From Geopsychrobacteraceae bacterium (GTDB lineage: Bacteria > Desulfobacterota > Desulfuromonadia > Desulfuromonadales > Geopsychrobacteraceae): 64,000 bases of DNA. How positions within the stretch are numbered: position 1 is the first letter of the stretch; each line of letters starts with the position of its first letter. The notes under the pieces were generated by a model that worked only from the letters and a program-made list of their open reading frames with translations, was not told the DNA's origin and ran no database searches. The position numbers and the translations under genes are program-made. This document shows, piece after piece, positions 30,558-41,449 of the stretch. The DNA is taken from NCBI GenBank assembly GCA_963662315.1, contig OY759353.1, forward strand, positions 1,056,001 through 1,120,000, written 5' to 3'.

Positions 30558-30956
30558 ATGAACAATCAGCTGGAATTCTATGCCAACAAACTTCAATATG
30601 AAATCGACTCCTGGGACCTGCAGAACCTTATGAATACGCATTCTGCCGTTATCGTTATTGATGCCAGATCCCCCGAAGCCTTTGTGCAGGAACATATTCC
30701 CGGGGCCATAAATATTCCCCACCGGATGATGACCCAAGAAACAACGGCCACCCTCGATAAGCAGGCGTTGATTGTTACCTATTGCGATGGCATTGGTTGT
30801 AATGCTTCAACCAAAGGGGCACTCAATATGACCAGGCTCGGATTTCAGGTCAAAGAGTTGATGGGCGGGCTTGACTGGTGGAAACGGGACGGCTACTCTA
30901 CAGCCGGTCAAAGTTGCACCCCGACTGCCGGTCAATCTGCTTGTGGGTGTAATTAA
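30558..30956 (+). CDS. Single-domain rhodanese-like protein
   Basis: IDAR...HIPGA, YCDGIGCN, GGLDWW. Confidence 0.88.
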   Translation: MNNQLEFYANKLQYEIDSWDLQNLMNTHSAVIVIDARSPEAFVQEHIPGAINIPHRMMTQETTATLDKQALIVTYCDGIGCNASTKGALNMTRLGFQVKELMGGLDWWKRDGYSTAGQSCTPTAGQSACGCN

Positions 30957-31014
30957 CGCTGTTCCCCTCAGCGAGTTAAACCTCATTTGAAAAAAGATAG
31001 ATAAGATACCTGCA

Positions 31015-31668
31015 ATGCTTTCCGGAATTCTCTGGGATAACGATGGTGTGCTGGTCGATACCGAGCACCTGTTTTTTAAAGCCAACAAAGAGTTGCTCAA
31101 TTCTTATGGCTTAGACCTGTCTGAAGCCGACTTCTTCAACTGGTACCTGATCCGCAACACCGGCTCATGGCATTTGTTTCAGGAAGCAGGAATGACTGAA
31201 GAAGACCTGCCTGTAATCCGCCAAAAACGCAGTGAACTCTATAATCAGAAACTTGCCGCGGCAGAAAACCTTGCCATTGCTGGGATCAAACCGGTGCTGG
31301 AGGGATTGCATAACAGATTGCCCATGGGTATTGTAACCAGTGCCTATCGGCATCATTTTGATACCATTCATGCCCGCCTTGATCTGCGCGGTTATTTTGA
31401 TTTTGTGCTGACTAATGAGGATTATGAAGGGAGTAAACCGTCACCTGCGCCGTATCTCTGCGGTCTGAATAAACTGAATATGCCTGCGGATCAATGTGTT
31501 GTTATTGAAGACTCGCCACGCGGTCTTGCTGCCGCCAAAGCTGCAGGTATCCGCTGTATTATTCTGCGTCATAAACTGATGGAGAGCTATCCCTTTGACG
31601 GAGCGTACACGGTTGTTGATAGCACAGATGCACTGGGCGGTGTGCTTCAGGATCTGTTACAGGGTTAG
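31015..31668 (+). CDS. HAD-superfamily phosphatase
   Basis: DNDGVLVDTE, KPSP, IEDS motifs. Confidence 0.9.
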   Translation: MLSGILWDNDGVLVDTEHLFFKANKELLNSYGLDLSEADFFNWYLIRNTGSWHLFQEAGMTEEDLPVIRQKRSELYNQKLAAAENLAIAGIKPVLEGLHNRLPMGIVTSAYRHHFDTIHARLDLRGYFDFVLTNEDYEGSKPSPAPYLCGLNKLNMPADQCVVIEDSPRGLAAAKAAGIRCIILRHKLMESYPFDGAYTVVDSTDALGGVLQDLLQG

Positions 31669-31945
31669 AGGAGTCCGCACTGGACCGGTTCAGAATGAAA
31701 ATCAATACTTTGATATTCTTCCCAAAATGGGATAGAATCCCCGCACTTCCCTTCGCAATAGCAGTTTAAGCAGCATAATTTCTCAACGACATGGTTACCA
31801 GGGTACTGAAAATACTTTTTAGTAATCATATGCAACGCTGATCGTTTCTAATCCCTGCCAGACAATGGTGTCTCCCTTTCCGGGTGCGAAATATAAAACT
31901 GGGAATCCTGAGTTGCTGTGAATTTTAAAGGCAAAGGTTAGCTCT

Positions 31946-32854
31946 GTGGACGCAAATATTGTTAATCAAGTTCTTGGTCTGGTCCTGATGATGGTTATCG
32001 GAGGCTACCTCCGTAAACGCCATATCATGAGCGATGTTGTCATGAAGGCTTTTACTGAAGTTCTCCTGTCAGTCACTGTCCCGTGCATGGTCATCTATTC
32101 GTTCCATGTTGACTATTCAAGAGAAATGCTGAACAACGGCATTCTCATGTTTATATGCGCCCTGATCATCCATATTTTTCTGATTATTCTCTCCAAACTC
32201 CTGTATTTCAAATTTGATCCTCTCAAGCGCAACATTTTGCTTTTTTCCACTGTTTTTTCCAACTGTGGATTTATCGGCTTTCCCCTGCTTTACTCTCTTT
32301 ACGGCACGGATGGGGTGTTTTATACGTCTATTTTTGTCGCCTGCTATAATCTGTTCGCCTTTTCTTACGGTGTCATGCTGTTTACCGGCAAAACAAGCAT
32401 CCTCAAAGCCCTCAAAAACCTGCTGTTCAATCCACCTCTGATCGCTACGGTTATTGGTATTTTCATTTTTATTACCGGCATCAAACTCCCAAAAGCCTCA
32501 CTGATTACCCTGCATTCAGTAGGAGACATGACAACTGCTATTTCCATGTTCATTATCGGCGCCATGCTGGCTGAGGTTAAGTTAAAGGAAGCTCTTAAAG
32601 GAATTGACGTTTTTTATCTCTGCGTGATGAAGCTGATCGTAGCACCGTTTCTCTGTTATATTCTGCTTGCGCAGTTCATCCCCAATAAGACGGTTCTTAC
32701 CATTGCCGTTATCCTGGTCGCCATGCCAACCGGATCTCTGACCGGAGTTTTTGCCGAAAAATATAATGGCAATCGTTCATTGGCATCGCGCTGCACTTTT
32801 GTCACAACAGTATTGTCAATGATCACTATTCCGTTAGTTATCTCACTGCTATAA
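31946..32854 (+). CDS. AEC (auxin efflux carrier) family transporter
   Basis: FSNCGFIGFP, NPPLIA, AMP motifs; GTG start. Confidence 0.88.
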   Translation: MDANIVNQVLGLVLMMVIGGYLRKRHIMSDVVMKAFTEVLLSVTVPCMVIYSFHVDYSREMLNNGILMFICALIIHIFLIILSKLLYFKFDPLKRNILLFSTVFSNCGFIGFPLLYSLYGTDGVFYTSIFVACYNLFAFSYGVMLFTGKTSILKALKNLLFNPPLIATVIGIFIFITGIKLPKASLITLHSVGDMTTAISMFIIGAMLAEVKLKEALKGIDVFYLCVMKLIVAPFLCYILLAQFIPNKTVLTIAVILVAMPTGSLTGVFAEKYNGNRSLASRCTFVTTVLSMITIPLVISLL

Positions 32855-32878
32855 ATATGCAAACAGGCAGGTGCCTCC

Positions 32879-34864
32879 ATGAAGAACGTTAAAAAAATCT
32901 TTACCACCTGTACCCGCGACTGTCCTAATACATGTGGTCTGCTGGCAACGGTTGAAAACGGTCGCCTGATCAGCCTGAAAGGGTCTCCGGAACATCCCTT
33001 TACCCAAGGAAAGGCCTGTCACAAAACCAGTCGGTATATTGAGCGTGTTTACAGTAAAGAGCGCATTGTCACACCTCAGATAAAAACAGCAGAAGGTTGG
33101 CATCCAGTTTCCTGGGAACATGCCCTTGACCGTGTTGCTGCTAAACTGAAAGAGGTCTGCAGCACCACCGGTTCAGAAGGAATCTTATATTACCAGGGGT
33201 ATGGCGAGCGTACCGGATTGAAACTGTTGAATAAATATTTTTTCAATCTGCTCGGCGGTGTCACATTCCTACACGGGTCACTCTGTGGCGGCACCGGACA
33301 AGCGGCTCAAAACCTTGATTTTGGTCAGCGTATTTCCCACGACCCCCTTGACCATTATAATTCAAAGGCGATGATTCTATGGGCCCGGAACCCTGCCACG
33401 ACCAATGTCAGCTTATTGCCGATCATCAAGCACATTCGCAACCAAGGCGGACGAGTCATCGTTATTGATCCCTATAAAAACCCCACTGCCAAACTGGCGG
33501 ATTACCATATCGCACCACGGCCAGGCAACGACGTATATCTGGCACTGGCAACCGCCAAAATAATCTTTCACAATCAGTGGGAACATACTCACTTTCTGAC
33601 CAACCACTGCCTGGATGTTGAGATATTTAAAGCATTACTTGATGGTTTCAACCTCGAAGAATTATGTGCCAAAGGAGGTATCTCCATAGAGGAAGCTGAA
33701 CTACTTGCCGACACGCTGAGTAATAAGGGCCCTGTATCCATTCTGTTAGGCTGGGGCTTGCATCGTTATCGGAACGCCCATTTCAGCATTCGTGCCATCG
33801 ATGCCTTGTCTGCTATCAGTGGCAATATCGGCATCCCCGGTGGCGGTGTCAGTCAAGGATTCGAAGAATATGGTCCTTACGATCAACAGTATTGGGGAGA
33901 CCATTTGTCCCCCCAAAGTAGAACCTTGCTGATGCCGGAAATTGGATCAGCCATCACGTCGGCAACCAATCCGGCAATACGCATGGCGGTCATATCTGCG
34001 GCCAACCCGGTCTGCATGGCGCCCGATTCAAAAAGCGTTGCAGCAGCTCTTAACCGCATTGAAATGGTCGTGTACATTGGTCACTTTATGGACGACACGG
34101 CTGATCTTGCCGATGTTTTTCTGCCGACAACAACCTTCCTTGAAGAATCGGACGTTATGGCGAGCTACGGTCATAATTATGTCGGCCCCGTCAATCAGGC
34201 TATCGATCCGATTGGTGAGTGTCGCAGTGACTTCACTATTTTCTCAGACCTGGCCCGGCGCTTTGACTTTGCCGAACAATTCTGCAAGCCAACCGAACTG
34301 TGGTTGGCAGATATTTGTTCTCCGATACTTCAAGCCGGATGCAGTATGGAGCAACTCAGGCAAGCGCCATTCCGCATGCCCGAGCCAATGACTCCTTACA
34401 GTGATTTCCATTTCCCGACAGAAACCGGAAAATTTCAATTTCTTACCCAATTTGCTCCGGAAGAGATGCCTGTACCTGATCCAACATACCCTTACACCTT
34501 GTTAACCGTGGCAGCCCAGGATCATATCTGTTCAGAACGTACCCTGAGTGAGCATCCTGCCCGCGCCAGTCTTTATTTACACCCTGAGGAAATAATGAAA
34601 TCAGGGCTTGAAGCTGAACAAACAGCCATCGCTGAGAGTGCAACAGGACAGATAATTGTTGAGATCAAAGCAGATCACAGCTTAAGGCCTGATTGTGCGG
34701 TTGCCGAACGTGGCGGCTGGCTTAAAGCTGGCCACGGGTTCAACCTACTGACTCAGGCAATGACAAGTACTCTTGGTAATGGTACCCCCTATTACGAAAC
34801 CAAAATAAGAATAAGACCTCTTACTGAAATAGAAGCCGGTTGTATAAACAACCGGCTTCTATAG
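32879..34864 (+). CDS. Molybdopterin-dependent oxidoreductase (MopB superfamily), no Tat signal
   Basis: N-terminal CTRDCPNTC...C Fe-S motif; DTADLADVFLPTTTFLE; C-terminal molybdopterin dinucleotide-binding domain. Confidence 0.88.
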   Translation: MKNVKKIFTTCTRDCPNTCGLLATVENGRLISLKGSPEHPFTQGKACHKTSRYIERVYSKERIVTPQIKTAEGWHPVSWEHALDRVAAKLKEVCSTTGSEGILYYQGYGERTGLKLLNKYFFNLLGGVTFLHGSLCGGTGQAAQNLDFGQRISHDPLDHYNSKAMILWARNPATTNVSLLPIIKHIRNQGGRVIVIDPYKNPTAKLADYHIAPRPGNDVYLALATAKIIFHNQWEHTHFLTNHCLDVEIFKALLDGFNLEELCAKGGISIEEAELLADTLSNKGPVSILLGWGLHRYRNAHFSIRAIDALSAISGNIGIPGGGVSQGFEEYGPYDQQYWGDHLSPQSRTLLMPEIGSAITSATNPAIRMAVISAANPVCMAPDSKSVAAALNRIEMVVYIGHFMDDTADLADVFLPTTTFLEESDVMASYGHNYVGPVNQAIDPIGECRSDFTIFSDLARRFDFAEQFCKPTELWLADICSPILQAGCSMEQLRQAPFRMPEPMTPYSDFHFPTETGKFQFLTQFAPEEMPVPDPTYPYTLLTVAAQDHICSERTLSEHPARASLYLHPEEIMKSGLEAEQTAIAESATGQIIVEIKADHSLRPDCAVAERGGWLKAGHGFNLLTQAMTSTLGNGTPYYETKIRIRPLTEIEAGCINNRLL

Positions 34865-34939
34865 GCGTTTTGACCATAATAGGTCAGCGCACTGCCACTC
34901 GGGAACGCCTGAGGCAATGCGTATGTTTTCAGATGAAAC

Positions 34940-36886
34940 CTAAATATCCAGAGCGGCGTGATAACCTTGGTAGATTGCCGTGGTGATATTAGCCGGGCGC
35001 AAGCAATCACCAATATATTTTACTGTCGGGGCGGCATTATTGTACTGCAACGCTTCATCTTTTAAAGCACGCTGTCCAGCCGCACAGATAATGGTTTCGG
35101 CCTCGAAAAGAACATCTTGCCCGTCTCCATTCTGACACCAGACACCAGCATTGTCGATTTTCAGTGCCTTCATCTGCGTATGAATATTGACGCATTGCTC
35201 AAGTTCCGTAAGCAAAATCGGACGATGCCGGATATTGCAGTCCACAGCAAGTTCGGAACGCATTTCAATCAGATCCACCTGTTTTCCGAGATTTGCCAGA
35301 TGCAATGCCAGTTCACAGCCAGATAATCCGCCACCGACGACAACGACTTTATCTTTCACCTGATCCTGTTTGAGGTGGTAGTCATTAACAGTCATAACGT
35401 TCTGACGATTAATTCCAGGGATTGGAGGCAGAAGAGCTTCAGAACCGATGGCAACGATCAGAGTATCGACGTTTTCCTGTTCGACGTACTCAGGAGTCGC
35501 TACAATATTGTGGCGGACCTCAACTCCGGCAGCTTCCGCTTGGCGCCCTAAAGTCACCCCGAGTTCATACATTTCGTGTTTAAAGGGAATAGCGATTTCA
35601 CTTTTCAGGATACCTCCAACCTCATCAGATTTTTCACAGAGAATAGTCTGGTGCCCGCGCTGAGCTGCAGTAATTGCAGCCTTCAGCCCTCCAGGGCCAG
35701 CCCCGACAACCATGACCTTAACCGGTTTGGGACTTGGGTAGATTTCGGTACCGTCAAGTTCACGGCCAATCAGCGGATTAACCGCACAACGCCGGGTGGC
35801 GGTCATCGCTCGTTCGGCCATGCAGGTAAAACAGCGCAGGCATTTAACGATCATATCATCCTGATTGCGCGTTACCTTGTGCGGCAATTCATGGTCTGCC
35901 AGCAGCGCGCGGGCCATTTCAACGACATCCGCCTTACCACTGGCAATAATACTTTCGAGTAATTCCGGATCATTCAGTCCACCGATTGTCGCAACCGGAA
36001 CCTTCACATGAGGCTTGATGGCTGCGGCCAGATGAACGTTACTTCCATGCGGCAGAAACATGGACGGATGGGTTTTGGCAAACCCGGCCTGATAAGTGCC
36101 GGCTGAAACATGCAACAGGTCGATTTTGGTTTCGATAAACTTAGCAATTTCGATACCGTCTTCGATAGTATAGCCCCCGTCAAACAGCTCGGAGCCACTC
36201 ATTCTGAATTCAATAGGAAAGCCCGGACCAACAGCAGCACGCACACTATCAAGAACCTCGCAGACCAAACGTACCCGGTTCTCAATAGGGCCACCATAAT
36301 GATCCGTACGTTTGTTGAAGTAAGGGGACAGGAACTGGTTAAGCAGCCAACCGTGACCACCGTGAACCATGACCATTTCGAACCCTGCACGTTTTACCAG
36401 CGCAGCAGCGTCACCGTAGGCCTTTACTATAGCGTCAATCAAATCTTGGGTCAGAGCTTTAACCGGAATTCCATCAAGGCGCATACCATCACTGGGACCG
36501 TACTGGGACAGGGATTTCTTTTTCCCTTTATCCGTCAGATAAGTCCCCGCGTATTGACCGGAATGAGACAATTCAACACTGGGGATCGCACCATGGCGAC
36601 GGATAGCATCGGCAGTACAGGCAAAACCAGACAGGGAACCGGGAGTGGTAAGATCGATGTGAAAAGCATGGGACCCATCCGTTTCAGGATGAACCATCAG
36701 TTCACTGACAGTGACAGCAGCGGCACCGCCTTTGGCACGCAGTTCATAAAAAGCGGTCGAACCACGTCCAATACAACCATCAGCTGTAATGTCGGTTCCA
36801 CCCATCGGAGCGGAGAACATTCGATTACGAAATGTCACATTGCCAAGGGAAATCGGTTGACATAAATGTGGATACTTGCGTTTCAT
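34940..36886 (-). CDS. Old-yellow-enzyme-type NADH:flavin oxidoreductase with Fe-S and FAD domains
   Basis: HGGHGWLLNQFLSP, CLRCFTC...CAVNP, GAGPGG; start 36886 chosen from RBS. Confidence 0.9.
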   Translation of the reverse strand: MKRKYPHLCQPISLGNVTFRNRMFSAPMGGTDITADGCIGRGSTAFYELRAKGGAAAVTVSELMVHPETDGSHAFHIDLTTPGSLSGFACTADAIRRHGAIPSVELSHSGQYAGTYLTDKGKKKSLSQYGPSDGMRLDGIPVKALTQDLIDAIVKAYGDAAALVKRAGFEMVMVHGGHGWLLNQFLSPYFNKRTDHYGGPIENRVRLVCEVLDSVRAAVGPGFPIEFRMSGSELFDGGYTIEDGIEIAKFIETKIDLLHVSAGTYQAGFAKTHPSMFLPHGSNVHLAAAIKPHVKVPVATIGGLNDPELLESIIASGKADVVEMARALLADHELPHKVTRNQDDMIVKCLRCFTCMAERAMTATRRCAVNPLIGRELDGTEIYPSPKPVKVMVVGAGPGGLKAAITAAQRGHQTILCEKSDEVGGILKSEIAIPFKHEMYELGVTLGRQAEAAGVEVRHNIVATPEYVEQENVDTLIVAIGSEALLPPIPGINRQNVMTVNDYHLKQDQVKDKVVVVGGGLSGCELALHLANLGKQVDLIEMRSELAVDCNIRHRPILLTELEQCVNIHTQMKALKIDNAGVWCQNGDGQDVLFEAETIICAAGQRALKDEALQYNNAAPTVKYIGDCLRPANITTAIYQGYHAALDI

Positions 36887-37253
36887 TAAGGCCTCCTTAT
36901 CGCATGTGAAATACGCAAATTGACAAGTAGCCTTGAGGATGATCATTACAATAAATAAGTGTTTAATCTAACAGTATTTAAAAGAGAACTCACTCACAAA
37001 AAACTCCTAAACTTATTTTGATTGATTTTAGGACCTGCGACTCCAGCGTAACCATTCCTTGTTAAACCACACATAGATAGTGACATGCGCATTAGCACAC
37101 TTATTCTGCCTGATGATATTTTCTTGTTGCATTTCGCCGTGATTGAGAAGGTATAATACTTGATTATTTTTGCAAAGCACTCTTCAGATCGACCTTGGAA
37201 ATATACATTGGATACAGGTATTGCAAGGAATATCGTCGGGGGACAGAATAACT

Positions 37254-38096
37254 ATGAAAATGCTAAGAATTGAAAATAAAAACCGGAGAAATCCCGGTTC
37301 TGACACAACTCAGCAAAACGTGAGCCAGGGGAGCAAAGGAATTGCTGATACTTTTGAAGACAAAGAAATCAAGCACCTTTTTTTCAACTATCTTACCACG
37401 ATGCTGGTCATTGAGGGTGGTGTCTTCTTCTTCTGTTTCATAAACCATCTGGTGACCCCCAATTCAGAATTCCCCTGGAAACCTTATCTCTTTGCCACGT
37501 TTATTACACCAATAGCCATTACCTTCATCTTCGGCATCATTCTGCTGACCTTCAACCGCTTCTTCTTTAGAGATTCTATTGACAGTGGTTTTGACCCGCG
37601 CGTACTTGGCACCTGGGAAAAAGGGCAAAGGATTTCTTCGTTTCTACAGCTTCTTTACCGCCTTCCCTTCCTGGGCGGCATGTCCTTATTGCTGGCAGCA
37701 TCGATATTGATCTACAAACTTGATGATATCGCCTTTTATGCTTTGCAGATCGGCTCTGGAGTTGCTCGATACCTGTTTTTTACCCTTATCGGCCTGTTGA
37801 TTTTTATCGCAGTCGGTCTGATCAGCTGGATGATCCTGAGTTTCCGTCTACGTCAACAGACCATGAAATCCGACCATCAGTACCGTATGCAACTGATGGA
37901 ACAATTTGGCATGGTGTTACTTGAAGACGGTACAATGATCAACAAAGAAGGAAAAATTCTCAATCAGCCCAAAGAGACAACCATTCTGGGGGCATCTGAA
38001 AGCGCACGGCTACTGACCAGTGACGAAGCAGATATTGAAGTCATAGAAAATATCGACACCGAAGAGCCTAAATCCCTCCCTCACACCGATAATTAA
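37254..38096 (+). CDS. Hypothetical membrane protein (~4 TM)
   Basis: Long ORF with four hydrophobic segments. Confidence 0.65.
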   Translation: MKMLRIENKNRRNPGSDTTQQNVSQGSKGIADTFEDKEIKHLFFNYLTTMLVIEGGVFFFCFINHLVTPNSEFPWKPYLFATFITPIAITFIFGIILLTFNRFFFRDSIDSGFDPRVLGTWEKGQRISSFLQLLYRLPFLGGMSLLLAASILIYKLDDIAFYALQIGSGVARYLFFTLIGLLIFIAVGLISWMILSFRLRQQTMKSDHQYRMQLMEQFGMVLLEDGTMINKEGKILNQPKETTILGASESARLLTSDEADIEVIENIDTEEPKSLPHTDN

Positions 38097-38113
38097 TTTT
38101 AAATATTTTCATT

Positions 38114-38482
38114 ATGCGTTTTTCCTTACTTAAAGTATTAAGCCGATACTGGTTACCAGTATCGGCTCTGATTTTCATGATAATTGCTATCTTGTCCTTA
38201 TGGCCATTATCAAGTTTACCCAAGGTGCCCGGCACGGACAAAACTCACCATTTTGTGGCCTACACACTGCTGGTCCTTCCAGTCGCCATCAGCCGACCAT
38301 TGCACTGGCGCAAGATACTGATTCTGTTTTTCATCTGCAGCGGAATTATTGAACTACTGCAACCTCTGGTCAACCGCTACTGCGAGTTCTTAGATCTTAT
38401 CGCCAACGGGACCGGTATTTTCTGTGGTGCCGCCCTTTCATGGTTAATCAGACGAATCCGTCAGGAACCAGAACATATTTGA
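38114..38482 (+). CDS. VanZ-family membrane protein
   Basis: DKTHHFVAY, IELLQ, DLIANGTG motifs. Confidence 0.85.
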   Translation: MRFSLLKVLSRYWLPVSALIFMIIAILSLWPLSSLPKVPGTDKTHHFVAYTLLVLPVAISRPLHWRKILILFFICSGIIELLQPLVNRYCEFLDLIANGTGIFCGAALSWLIRRIRQEPEHI

Positions 38483-38503
38483 ACAAACTGTTTTTATTTA
38501 CGG

Positions 38504-38977
38504 CTACTTTTTGGACATCGTTATGCACAGGCATTCTGCCTCTGCGTAAACCACCTCACCACAACAAATCCGCCCACGAACCGTCACTTTTCGGCCATCC
38601 ACCGAAACAACCCGGCTCTCAACTGTAATCACCTGTTTCAGAGGGAGCATGTTGCGAAAATTCACATTCAGATTACCAACAACAACCGGGTATCCTTCAG
38701 CCCAGGCCGCCAACCCCAAAACCTCATCCATGACCGCAGCCAAAGAACCGCCATGGCAATGCCCCGGTGGTCCTTCGGTCTCAGGCCCAAACCAGACACG
38801 GGCACGCAGACATCCTTTTTCATTTCTATAATATTTCACCCGGTAACGATTCCCCAATGGCTCACCCGATACGAAACGTAACGAGGTTCCAACCAAAGCC
38901 GGAGCATCAAAGTCAGACCATTGGGGCTCACCACTCAGATCCACTGAATCCATTATTGCTGTCTTAATTCCAACCAT
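38504..38977 (-). CDS. PaaI-family hotdog thioesterase
   Basis: EGPPGHCHGGSLAAVMDE motif. Confidence 0.9.
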   Translation of the reverse strand: MVGIKTAIMDSVDLSGEPQWSDFDAPALVGTSLRFVSGEPLGNRYRVKYYRNEKGCLRARVWFGPETEGPPGHCHGGSLAAVMDEVLGLAAWAEGYPVVVGNLNVNFRNMLPLKQVITVESRVVSVDGRKVTVRGRICCGEVVYAEAECLCITMSKK

Positions 38978-39154
38978 GTCATTTCTCCCCGATGCATAAA
39001 TGCTAAAGTCAATGAATAGAGAAAGATTATCTCGAAGAACAGCGTTTTACAATGGGAAGAATGATATAAATCAACAGTCAAAATGAAAAACCCCACAGGT
39101 CTCAGATGCTGCGGGGTCTATTTAAGTTATTTTTAAAGCTGCATAACTCTGCGG

Positions 39155-40249
39155 CTATAAAGAAGTAACCGCTTCGATACCAAAATCCTGAGATAAATCA
39201 TTAAAGTGTTGAAATAGGACGGGATCAACAGGAATACCAGATAAGCTTCTCTGCTTCTGCACCAGCCATTCACGATCCCCTGGGGCCATGACTCTATGCT
39301 CAGGGGTAGCTTCCTGAGCCCGTAAATCTTTCAGATAGACAGCCATTTGCTCGTGAAATACACCAAGATCAATAAAAGCTTCCGGTTTCAACACCATGAA
39401 AAAATGCCCGAGATGTCGCCGGGTACTCATATCATTACCGTGAAAGGTGAGCAATTGATGACTGAAGGCCATGCCACTGAGCATAGAGCCAAACAGTTCA
39501 CACAACCCGGCTAAAGCCGCCCCCTTATAACCATAAGACAAGCCTCCCAACGGGAGCAGAGCCCTGCTGTCATGAGGATTGGTGGTCATATTTCCAGCAG
39601 CATCGACAGCGACCTCAGGCGGCAAGTCGCGACCGATGGTCTGGTAATGAAGAACCCGGTTAAAAGGAATGGAACTGGTAGCCATGTCCAGCAGATAAGG
39701 CTGCTCGCCCAACACTGGTGCAGCAACGCTGATCGGGTTAGTGCCATGAAAAGGCGTGGTCCCGTCGTGAGCAAGAACCAGCTTATCAGAATTACTGAAA
39801 GCCATAGCAATATAACCAGCCTCTGCCGCAGCCAAAGTATAACTTCCAGCAGCCCCGAAATGGGACGAATTAATGACTGACACAGCGCCGACGCCGGTTC
39901 TATCAGCTAATGTCATCGCTTCGTCAATGGCCCGATAACCGGCATAGTGCCCAAACCCATCATCCGCATCCAGGGTTCCGGTTGCCATCATACGCGGTGT
40001 AAAGGTCATCTTAGGGAAACCATTGATCCGTCCCCCTTTTAGAGCCGCAACATAATGAGGCAATAAGCGCAGACCATGACTGTCAACACCACGTAAGGAG
40101 GCACCGGCAATGGACCTGGCAACGGCATGAGCCGAAGCGTCATCAGCACCAGCACTCAGCAGAACATCGGTCACAAAACGCTGACCATCAGCAAACGATA
40201 TTCGCTCCCAATTAGAGTCATGAAGGGAATTATTGGCGACGAAGACCAT
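39155..40249 (-). CDS. Ldh_2-family (malate/L-lactate/ureidoglycolate/diketogulonate) oxidoreductase
   Basis: RGVDSHG, NSSHFG, GTNPI, LDMATS, YKG motifs. Confidence 0.9.
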   Translation of the reverse strand: MVFVANNSLHDSNWERISFADGQRFVTDVLLSAGADDASAHAVARSIAGASLRGVDSHGLRLLPHYVAALKGGRINGFPKMTFTPRMMATGTLDADDGFGHYAGYRAIDEAMTLADRTGVGAVSVINSSHFGAAGSYTLAAAEAGYIAMAFSNSDKLVLAHDGTTPFHGTNPISVAAPVLGEQPYLLDMATSSIPFNRVLHYQTIGRDLPPEVAVDAAGNMTTNPHDSRALLPLGGLSYGYKGAALAGLCELFGSMLSGMAFSHQLLTFHGNDMSTRRHLGHFFMVLKPEAFIDLGVFHEQMAVYLKDLRAQEATPEHRVMAPGDREWLVQKQRSLSGIPVDPVLFQHFNDLSQDFGIEAVTSL

Positions 40250-40390
40250 AAATTATCCTGAGTAGGTTAGAGTAAAACAGAATAGAAACAGTCAGAATAC
40301 GGCGACCTTGCAAACAACCGTATCTTCGGGTATCTGCCATAGCTGGAAAACGCCCCCGCACCGGCAGAAAGCACAGGGGCGAGAAATCAA

Positions 40391-41428
40391 TTAATCAAAA
40401 TCAATCTGAACTTTTACAGATTTAGACCGATCAGTCGCAGAGTTAATGGCGTCCAGAATAGCTGTCATAGGGAAAACATCAGTAATGATCGGCTTAACAT
40501 CAATCTGCTTACTGCTGATTAACTCAACAGCTTCGGCATATTCCGGGTGAAATCTTTGACTACCAACCCAGTTAACTTCCTTCCCAACCAACATATTCAT
40601 AGGGAAAGTCATATTACCGGTAACTCCAACCTGAACAATCGTACCTTGAGGGCGAATCGCGTGAAAAACATTTTCAATTGCTGGTTGCGCTGCAGAGCAT
40701 TCGAAAATGATATCAAAATAACCCTTATTGGCTCGGTATCCAGCCAAATCCTCAGCAGCAACAGACAGGTTGATCACTTTATCTGCACCAATTTCTTTAG
40801 CAACAGAGAGGGTCTTTTCAAACAAATCGACAACAACTATTTCAGCGGCACCGTAATACTTGGCAGCAGCAACACACAGTGCTCCAATAGGACCAGCTCC
40901 ACTCACAAGCACTTTCTTCCCTTTAAGCGCAACGCGTTTTGCGGCATGAAGGCACACCGCGAGGGGCTCGGCACAGGCAAGCTCACCAATCGTAGTATCA
41001 TCACTGCCCTTGATGCACTGTTCAGCATCGATGGTCAAATATTCACGGAACCCGCCCTGTTCATGGGGTAAACGCATGGCCGAACCGATAAAACGCATTT
41101 CAAGGCAATGCTGGAACAACCCGTCGTGGCAAAAACTGCATTGTCCACACGGTTGACTAGGGTTAACACCAACCTTGTCTCCAACCTTGACGTTTTTGAC
41201 ACCATCGCCAACAGCTGCAATAGTCCCGGCAAATTCATGCCCCATAATAATTGGTTCGATAACCCGGACAGTACCAAAGCCACCGTGCAGATAATAGTGG
41301 AGATCCGATCCACAGATACCACCACGCCCGACTTTGACCAAAGCCTCGCCCGGACCGGGCTGACGTACAACATCTGTTTCAATTTTCAGGTTCTCCTGCC
41401 CATATAAACGACAAACTTTCGTTTCCAT
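40391..41428 (-). CDS. Zn-dependent sugar-acid 5-dehydrogenase (IdnD-like)
   Basis: GICGSDLHYY, GHE, CGQCSFC...C, GAGPIG. Confidence 0.88.
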   Translation of the reverse strand: METKVCRLYGQENLKIETDVVRQPGPGEALVKVGRGGICGSDLHYYLHGGFGTVRVIEPIIMGHEFAGTIAAVGDGVKNVKVGDKVGVNPSQPCGQCSFCHDGLFQHCLEMRFIGSAMRLPHEQGGFREYLTIDAEQCIKGSDDTTIGELACAEPLAVCLHAAKRVALKGKKVLVSGAGPIGALCVAAAKYYGAAEIVVVDLFEKTLSVAKEIGADKVINLSVAAEDLAGYRANKGYFDIIFECSAAQPAIENVFHAIRPQGTIVQVGVTGNMTFPMNMLVGKEVNWVGSQRFHPEYAEAVELISSKQIDVKPIITDVFPMTAILDAINSATDRSKSVKVQIDFD

Positions 41429-41449
41429 AATAACGACTCCTTAAAGACC

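Noticed and set aside
31670..31945. Moco or fluoride riboswitch upstream of the AEC/MopB genes
   Set aside because: Only a short partial resemblance (GACAATGGTGTCTCC); the remaining conserved elements are absent
36110..36865. 251 aa antisense ORF, and similar shadow ORFs (e.g. 45468-46049, 48604-49248)
   Set aside because: Fully overlap well-supported genes on the opposite strand and have no recognisable motifs
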